Source of the DNA: Thermodesulfobacteriota bacterium
GTDB taxonomy: Bacteria; Desulfobacterota_D; UBA1144; Nemesobacterales; Mycalebacteriaceae
Reading direction: 5' to 3'
DNA: 64,000 bases
NCBI GenBank assembly: GCA_965198945.1
Contig: CBDAQI010000010.1
Span: 73,720-137,719, forward strand
Position 1 is the first letter of the stretch, and each line of letters opens with the position of its first letter. The notes below the pieces were generated by a model. It was not told the origin of the DNA, searched no databases, and saw only the letters and a list, made by a program, of their open reading frames with translations. Shown in pieces: positions 57,183 through 64,000 of this stretch. The position numbers and the translations under genes are program-made.

Positions 57183-58625
57183 ACCGGCCGCTGCGCGGCC
57201 TTGCGCCGTGTTCCGAACCATAAGGCTTTCGCCGTCTATGTTTTCCGGCGTTTCAATACCCAGATGCTCAAGAATTGTGGGATAGATATCCACCGTTCTT
57301 GCGGGCCTGTCCGCAGTTTTCACATTCAGCGCAACGGGAACCGACATATGGTCTTTCACCATGGAGCCGTGAGAAGCTCTGTGTTCGGGAATTTCAAAAC
57401 GCGCCCTTAAATCAAAACCCGGCTTCGCACTTACAATAATGTCTCCCGCCCGTGAAGACTCAAAAATCTGACATGCCTGCACAAGCGCGTCGGGATACCC
57501 GGTTTCAGCGGTGAGCTCAAGCTGTCTGTCTTTTGTCATCTCCGTTTCCATATTCTCAAAACCGAAAGGGTCTCCGTCTCCGGCCTCATAAAAAATGGAG
57601 TCTTTTTCAATTTTTACCCGTCCTTTTCCGCGTTCGCCGAGAATTGAAACCCAGCCGTCTTCGCCGGGGCTCATAACTATGTCAACCTCTTTGCGTGCGG
57701 CGAGAAGGCCGGCTATTTCATTTTTTTTCTCACGGCCTGCATTTCTCAGATATACATGAGCCATTGAATTGCCCGATACCATAACCGAGCAGTCCGCTCC
57801 GAAGAAATTACGGAATATGTTCGGATACTGAAGAGTCTTGAACCCCAGTTGCTCAAGATTTTTTGCAAGGTCAAAATGAGTGTGGGTGGCAGTCAGCCCG
57901 TGGTCGCTTACAATGCCGATGAGAGTGTGCTCCAGAACTCCCTGTTTTTTGAGTTTTTGTATAATCTCGCCCACAATTCCGTCCATTTTCAGATATGCGT
58001 TTATAACATTTTTGTGAAACGGGTGCAGTTTGTGCGAGAGGGAGTCTATCTCAAGAAATGCCGCGAAACAGAAAACCGGAAAGTTTTGCGCATCTCCCTC
58101 AAAACAACCGAGCAGTTTGTCGGCGGCGATTCTGTCTATTGAGTAGCCCCTTTCAAAAAAATGACTTTTCAGTTTGTGAAATGCCGTGGACGCTCTTGTC
58201 AGGTTGCGCCGGTGGGGCAGCCCCCTGTTCATCTCATTAAAAATACTGACACTTGAAGGAATGAGTTCAAACAGGGTCGGCGGATGCTCCCGGAGGTCGG
58301 TGTTGAGAAAAGTGGCTTCGTAGCTGACATAACTTCTTATGCGCCCGTAAGTGAACGGTTTGTCCCAGAGTTTTTTGTCAAGCCACCTGATTCCCGGCAC
58401 CCAGCACTTTCCCGGAAAAGTTCCGAGCAGAAAGGGCGTGTAGGCGGGTCCCGTGGTTGAGGGAAAAACCGACGAGGCTGGCATAAAGCCGCCCGGCTCA
58501 ACTATGTGCCGCGAAATGTTGGGCAGCCGCCCTTCGTTCAAGAGATGTTCAAAAACATCTCTGCGCGCGCCGTCCAAAAGCATGAGAACGCATCTTTTTA
58601 TTTCTTTTGCACGGCGCCCGTTCAA
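57174..58625 (-). CDS. Alkaline-phosphatase superfamily nucleotide pyrophosphatase/phosphodiesterase (no signal peptide)
   Basis: LLDGAR, FPSTT nucleophile, D...H, SDHG and SHG metal motifs. Confidence 0.85.
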   Translation of the reverse strand: MNGRRAKEIKRCVLMLLDGARRDVFEHLLNEGRLPNISRHIVEPGGFMPASSVFPSTTGPAYTPFLLGTFPGKCWVPGIRWLDKKLWDKPFTYGRIRSYVSYEATFLNTDLREHPPTLFELIPSSVSIFNEMNRGLPHRRNLTRASTAFHKLKSHFFERGYSIDRIAADKLLGCFEGDAQNFPVFCFAAFLEIDSLSHKLHPFHKNVINAYLKMDGIVGEIIQKLKKQGVLEHTLIGIVSDHGLTATHTHFDLAKNLEQLGFKTLQYPNIFRNFFGADCSVMVSGNSMAHVYLRNAGREKKNEIAGLLAARKEVDIVMSPGEDGWVSILGERGKGRVKIEKDSIFYEAGDGDPFGFENMETEMTKDRQLELTAETGYPDALVQACQIFESSRAGDIIVSAKPGFDLRARFEIPEHRASHGSMVKDHMSVPVALNVKTADRPARTVDIYPTILEHLGIETPENIDGESLMVRNTAQGRAAAGSF

Positions 58626-61459
58626 TTAAAAAATCCTTCGTATATTTTTCTTATCGCTCTTGTTGTTGAAATATATTTTCCCCGCAGTTTTCGTGCGGTG
58701 GGAAAACTCTCAAATTCACCGGCGAGACTTGCGAAATCCTCGCTTCGCAGCAATTCCGTGTCGTTCTTTTTGAAGATTCCCTGAAGGCCCGCCAGTCTGC
58801 CGAGGAAAATATAACCGTCCCGCAGGGTTTTACTCCGTCTTTTTCCGATAATTCCGGATTTTGCAAGACGGTCAATCGCTTCAACAGTGTTGGGGGTTCT
58901 TATTTCGCGGTGTGCAAACCCGTGTTTAATCTGCAGGGCCTGAACAAGAAACTCCACATCCATCATGGCCCCTTTTCCCTTTTTGCAATTGAAGGTTTCA
59001 TTGTTTTCACCCGCGAGTTCCTTTTCAATTCTCTTCCGCAAATCACTTATTTCCAGGTGGAAGTTTTTTTCAAGCGGCGTCTCGTAAACAATTTTTTCAA
59101 TTTCCCGCATAACCTTTTTCCCGAACATCTTTCCGCCCGCACAGCGTGATGCCTTGATAAGCGCCTGCCTTTCCCACAGACGCCCGCCTCCTCCCGGGCT
59201 GTTGTATTTTTTGAAAGACTCAAAAGAAGTTACGAGCGTGCCTGAGTTTCCCGACGGTCTCAGAGCGGTGTCTATTTCATACAGACGCCCGTGACGGTCC
59301 GGCACGGAAAGAAGCGCCATGAGTTTTTGCGCAAGTTTTATATACGGCTCGGTCGGGCCGCCGTCGTGAATGATTATGATGTCCAGGTCCGAAGAATAAC
59401 CCAGTTCTCCGCCGCCGAGTTTGCCCATTCCCAGCAAACAGGTTTTCGCGGCGGAGACCCCGTTTTTTCCGGCGAGACGCTCGGCCAGTTTCAGGGCCCC
59501 TTCAAGTATGATTGCCGCAATCAGGGAGAGGGATTTGCCCGTCTGTTCAAAATCTGTTTTTTTCTCAAACTCCGCCACGCAGAGTTTGAGGGTTTCGGTG
59601 TGTTTGAAATGGCGCAAAATCTCCATTTTGTCTTCATAGTGGCGCTGCTGCGACATCTCTTTTTGCAGAGAGCGTAAGATTTCGGTTTTGCTTCCGGGCT
59701 CTCCGCGGTCTTTGAGCACGGCCGAGTGCATGTAGTAGGGTTTATGGATTAAAAATGAGCTCACGGGGCTGTCGCAGCCTATGATTTTTATAAAAATTTC
59801 AAGCGTTTCGGGCGCGGCGGAAATGAGAGGATATATGGACATTTTCCATTCCGCCCGTGCCATCAGGCTTTTCAGGTTTACGAGAGCCGAATCCGAAGCC
59901 CCTCCCGCCGCCGCCTCTTTGAACAAAATTCCGAGGAGTTTTCTAACCAGACCGCGGGCCCGAAAGTCCGCTCCCGTTCCCGAAGGAGACTCAAGCTCCG
60001 TCATTATTTCAAGCGCGTCTTCCGGGCGTTTGAAACCCAGAGATGCGAGGCTCCGCAGCGCCTCAGACCCCGTTACGTCTCCGCTTGTGAGGTATTCGGT
60101 GATTTTAACAGCCTCTTTTTCCCAGGGTTCCATAACAGTTTTCGCTCTGTCTTCGGAAGGCTGTTTGAAAAGTTCACCGCAGATTTTTTCAGTCTCTTGC
60201 ATGGTTTTGCCAAGTTTTTTTTCAAAATCTTCCGCATTGCGCAAATGAGTCATCACGGCAAGTTTTGAGAGTCTTTCGGGTGATTTCGGAACCGAATGTG
60301 TCTGGGTTTCCTCTTCAAGCTGCAAGTTGTGCTCAACTTTTCTGAGAAACATGTAGTTTTCTGAAAGCGTATGCGCGACTTCCGGGGGTATGGTTTGTCT
60401 GCGCAGAAGTTTTTTCAAACCCGAAAGCGTGTTTGAATCGCGCAGATATTTGTTCGCGCCGTTGAGGATTTGGAGTGTCTGCACAAAAAACTCAATGGTT
60501 CTTATTCCGCCCGCTCCGAGCTTCACATTTCCCTGCTTGCTTATACCCGAAAATTTTCTTTTCATTTCCGCCATATCTTCTATCAAGTCATAGCCCGTGT
60601 TGTTCTCATAGATGAAGGTCTCAAGTTTGCGGAGCAGTTCTCTGCCGAGACTTTTGTCTCCGGCAACGGGCCTCGCTTTCATAAGGGCAAACCTTTCCCA
60701 TGTTTCACCCCTGTAGAAATAGTGTTCAACAGCCCCCTCGGTGTGGGTTGCCACGGTCCCCTTGATCCCTCCGGGGCGCAAGCCCAGATCCACTCTGTGG
60801 AGAAAACCGTTTTCGGTGCCCTTTGTCATTTCTGTGGTAAGTTTCTGCGCGAGATTTACAAAAGGCCGCGCATCACCGTTATCTTCGTAAATATAAATAA
60901 GGTCTATGTCCGAGCTCAGATTGAGCTGTTTTCCGGCAAGTTTTCCCATTCCCAGAACGCAAAATTTCCCCGCTCCGCCGGCTCCGGTTTCGGTCGACAG
61001 TCTTTTGAGGGAAGTTTCAAGAATCGCTTCGGCAAGGTCTGACAACGCGGCCATTGTTTTTGTGAAATCCGCGCCGTTTATGTCTTCGTATATGATTTGA
61101 GAAAGCCGCCGGTATTTGTAGCGTCTGAGGAGCTCAAAAAAATCATCAGTGTTTTTTGTTTTCCGGCTGAGAGACGCAAGTTTTTTCTCAATTGCGGTTT
61201 TTGTTTTGTCGGTGTTTGAGAACGGAAAAGAGGCAATTTCATGATCTCTTATCGCCGCCCTTGCGAGAAAGCGGCTGTGGGAGGAGATTTGAAGCAGCGC
61301 CCGCCTTTCTTCCGCGCCGGGTTTGCCGTGATATTTTTCAAACCTCTCAAGCGTGAGCTTTGCAAATTCCGGATCCGGCAGGGCGGAATTAAAGCCGTCT
61401 TCCGGCTCCGGGTCACGGGCGGCGGACGATTTAGTTTTTTTCTTGCTTTTCAGCATCAA
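58622..61459 (-). CDS. glnE: Glutamine synthetase adenylyltransferase/deadenylase
   Basis: Two nucleotidyltransferase domains: MGKLAG..L..SSDIDL / D..LRP.G / WER and MGKLGG.ELGYSSDLD / D..LRPSG / WERQAL. Confidence 0.94.
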   Translation of the reverse strand: MMLKSKKKTKSSAARDPEPEDGFNSALPDPEFAKLTLERFEKYHGKPGAEERRALLQISSHSRFLARAAIRDHEIASFPFSNTDKTKTAIEKKLASLSRKTKNTDDFFELLRRYKYRRLSQIIYEDINGADFTKTMAALSDLAEAILETSLKRLSTETGAGGAGKFCVLGMGKLAGKQLNLSSDIDLIYIYEDNGDARPFVNLAQKLTTEMTKGTENGFLHRVDLGLRPGGIKGTVATHTEGAVEHYFYRGETWERFALMKARPVAGDKSLGRELLRKLETFIYENNTGYDLIEDMAEMKRKFSGISKQGNVKLGAGGIRTIEFFVQTLQILNGANKYLRDSNTLSGLKKLLRRQTIPPEVAHTLSENYMFLRKVEHNLQLEEETQTHSVPKSPERLSKLAVMTHLRNAEDFEKKLGKTMQETEKICGELFKQPSEDRAKTVMEPWEKEAVKITEYLTSGDVTGSEALRSLASLGFKRPEDALEIMTELESPSGTGADFRARGLVRKLLGILFKEAAAGGASDSALVNLKSLMARAEWKMSIYPLISAAPETLEIFIKIIGCDSPVSSFLIHKPYYMHSAVLKDRGEPGSKTEILRSLQKEMSQQRHYEDKMEILRHFKHTETLKLCVAEFEKKTDFEQTGKSLSLIAAIILEGALKLAERLAGKNGVSAAKTCLLGMGKLGGGELGYSSDLDIIIIHDGGPTEPYIKLAQKLMALLSVPDRHGRLYEIDTALRPSGNSGTLVTSFESFKKYNSPGGGGRLWERQALIKASRCAGGKMFGKKVMREIEKIVYETPLEKNFHLEISDLRKRIEKELAGENNETFNCKKGKGAMMDVEFLVQALQIKHGFAHREIRTPNTVEAIDRLAKSGIIGKRRSKTLRDGYIFLGRLAGLQGIFKKNDTELLRSEDFASLAGEFESFPTARKLRGKYISTTRAIRKIYEGFFN

Positions 61460-61476
61460 ACCTTTTGTGTGCCGTT

Positions 61477-63895
61477 TCAGAGAAAGTTTACCGGGTCAAT
61501 GTCAACGACCATTTTGGTTTTCGGAGGCATAACCCTCTCCGCCTCTTTTTTTAGAGCCTTTGATACGCCGCGCAGAAGGGAAGGGCTTTCGGACTTCATA
61601 ATTATATGCCATCTGAAGCGGTTTTTAATTTTGTTTATGGGACATTCCGAATAACCGACAATTTCCACCCCTCCGGATTTGAGATTCCGGGCTGTTTCAA
61701 CGGCCAGACTGTGAATTTGTTCTGTGATCAGCCTGACTTTTTTTTCATCGGTTCCGGAAAATCTCAGGGCGGCAACTCGTGAAAACGGGGGCCATCCGTT
61801 GATTTTTCTCACTTCCATTTCGCTTTCAAGAAATGAGACGGCATCATGGTCAACCGCATATTTTATTGCCGGATGGCTTTCTTTTGAAGTTTGTATCAAA
61901 ACTCTGCCCGGAGATTTTCCCCTTCCGGCTCTTCCCGCCACCTGTGTAAGAGTTTGAAAAGTTACCTCGCCGCTTCTGAAGTCCGGTATGGTCAGAGACA
62001 TGTCCGCCGAGATTACACCCACAAAGGTTACTCCCGGCAGGTCGTGCCCCTTTGCCACCATCTGCGTTCCGACAAGAACATCTATGGTTTCTCTTTCAAG
62101 TTTGCCGTAAAGCTCCAGCAGATTTTTCTTTCCGCCGGATGAATCGCTGTCCATTCTGGCCACCGTTGCGGAAGGCAGAATTTTTTTCACTTCGGCCTCA
62201 ATTGTCTGTGTTCCCATTCCAAGCCGTTTGAAAAGTCCTCCGCAACTGCGGCACCGGCTTTCAAATTTTTCATCCATTCCGCAGTAGTGGCACTTTACCG
62301 CGTTTCCCTTTTTGTGGTATGTCAGTGAAACGCTGCAGTTCGGGCATGACAGCGCTCCATTGCATCCGTCGCAGACAAGGACTGTGGAAAAACCCCTTCT
62401 GTTCAGAAACAGAATTGCCTTGCCGCCTGTCTCATTGTTTTCAATCAGGGCTTTTTTCAGCCTCCGGGAGAAAACGGTTTTTTCCGGCCTCACAAGCTCA
62501 ACTTCCGGTAGCAGACTGCCCTCAATTCTGAGCGGCATTGAGAGATAGCGGAATTTGCCCGAAACCGCGTTTTGATAAGTTTCAAGCGAAGGAGTGGCGG
62601 AGCCCAGAATCACCGGGCGGTCAAGCATCCGCCCAAGCACAACCGCAAGGTCACGCGCATTGTAGCAGGGCTGCTTTTCCTCCTGTTTGTAGCTTCTCTC
62701 ATGCTCCTCGTCCACTACGATGAGTCCAAGATTTGAAAACGGCGCGAAGATTGCCGATCTTGCCCCGATGACGATTTTCGCTTCTCCGCTTTTTATTCTT
62801 CGCCATGAGTCAAACCTTTCTCCCTCGCTCAGGCCGCTGTGCATAACGGTGACCGCGCCTCCGAATCTGCTTTTGAATCTTTGCACAAGCTGAGGTGTAA
62901 GCGATATTTCAGGCACCATCACAAGGGCTTGTCCCCCGTTTCTCAGGACTTCCTCAATAGTTTTCAAGTAAACTTCAGTTTTTCCGCTTCCGGTAACCCC
63001 GTGGAGAAGAAATGTTTTGAATTTTCCGTTTTCAACCGCCTTTTGAATTTCGGAAAACGCTTTTTTCTGCTCGGCGGTCATTTCCGGGGCGGGCTTGCCG
63101 TCAGCCTTTATTTCGGCGAAAGGGTCTCTTATGATTTCTTTTTTTTTGCTCCGGATAATTCCTTTCCGTTCAAGCCACTTTAGATGGGGCGAGCATGATT
63201 TTCCCAGAATATTTTTTAAGTGCGAAAATGAAATTTCCTCCGCTTTCCCGTTCCTCTATCAGTTCCACAACGGAGCGTTTTGCGGGCATTTTTGAGATTT
63301 CGCTTCGTGCGCTTGAGCCGGGAGGGGCGGAATACACTTTTTCATAGCGTATGTTTACGCCGCGCCTGACCTCGTGTTCAATTTTTACAAGGCCTCCGTT
63401 CTCAAGACGGTGGACTCTGCCGAACCCGCAGCCTTCAACAATTTCAAAAAGTTTTTCAAGAGTCATTTCCCCCGATGAAAGAGTGCGCAGGACAGTTTCA
63501 TCATTTTTTGGAACCTCACCTTTTTCAAGCGCCGTTCCGCCCGTTTCCGTGAGCGCTATTTTTCTTCTCACGCTCATGCTGCCGAGCCCGGACGGATATG
63601 CGGCTTTTACAACCGCGCCCAGAGGGGAGATATAGTAATCCGCTATCCATTTGAAAAATTCCAGCCGTTTTTCATTAAAAAGCGGTTCTTCGTCAATCAC
63701 ATCAAGTATGTCACGCAGTTTCACTTCTTCCGGCGGAGCCGAAGAGCCGAGGACAAACCCGATTGTTTTCCGGTTGCCAAGCGGAACCATAACGCGCTTG
63801 CCGAGACTCGCGCTGTCTTTGAGATGAGTTGGTACAGCATAATGAAAACTGTCTGAAATAAGACCGGGGAGGATTACTTCAATCGTGTGCGGCAT
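61477..63895 (-). CDS. priA: Primosomal helicase PriA, split by a frameshift near 63250
   Basis: 3'-DNA-binding domain (GKRV.VPLG.R) in 63170..63895; helicase motifs GVTGSGKT, DEEH, SATPS, Cys-rich region and QVAGRAGR in 61477..63081. The downstream frame is open back to about 63255. Confidence 0.92.
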
Positions 63896-63903
63896 TTGGG
63901 AAA

Positions 63904-63912
63904 AGTATAGCA
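63904..63912 (-). promoter_or_regulatory. Putative extended -10 promoter giving a leaderless or near-leaderless priA mRNA
   Basis: Minus strand TG-C-TATACT ends 8 nt before ATG 63895; no SD in between. Confidence 0.4.
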
Positions 63913-64000
63913 GGAAGAGTCGTTTTCGTTATTTTTAAGAACATTTTGTTACTGCGAGAATAGGGATAAAGAAAAGTATAAGTATCCACCAGTCCACCTC

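Noticed and set aside
63139..63147. A9 run (minus strand) as the cause of the priA frameshift
   Set aside because: The run reads in frame (SKKKE) in the helicase frame; the break is further upstream.

Overview
Bacterial chromosome segment of roughly 50% GC from a diderm organism. Gene content and protein sequences look deltaproteobacterial (Desulfobacterota sensu lato, possibly Ca. Dadabacteria; this is inference, not tested). Most of the window is housekeeping: 3' part of secA, a thiolase-like/DUF35/MaoC trio, rpmH-rnpA-yidD-yidC-jag-cobB, oadGAB, aroQ-recJ-trkAH-ribF-aroE-purU, murJ, a dcw cluster (rsmH to ftsZ), tRNA-Glu(CTC), four cobalamin genes, ispE, tRNA-Gln(TTG), a lone nuoF, carD, glnE and priA. 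Two AT-rich accessory islets stand out. The first (about 16.05-20.4 kb) is a tight three-gene operon encoding a DruA/DUF4338-family protein, a NurA nuclease and a HerA ATPase, with no other Druantia genes and no mre11/rad50. It is the best candidate here for an undescribed anti-phage or DNA-processing system, and herA carries one in-frame amber codon. The second (about 29.8-31.4 kb) holds a single-domain globin and a Panacea (DUF4065) antitoxin paired with a putative toxin broken by one in-frame TGA. Reading beyond the ORF track adds rpmH, single-base frameshifts in jag, murE and priA, an internal deletion in purU, and two genes (a secreted redoxin and ftsQ) that seem to need non-canonical start codons (ATT, CTG). 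I saw no CRISPR array, rRNA, integrase or transposase.
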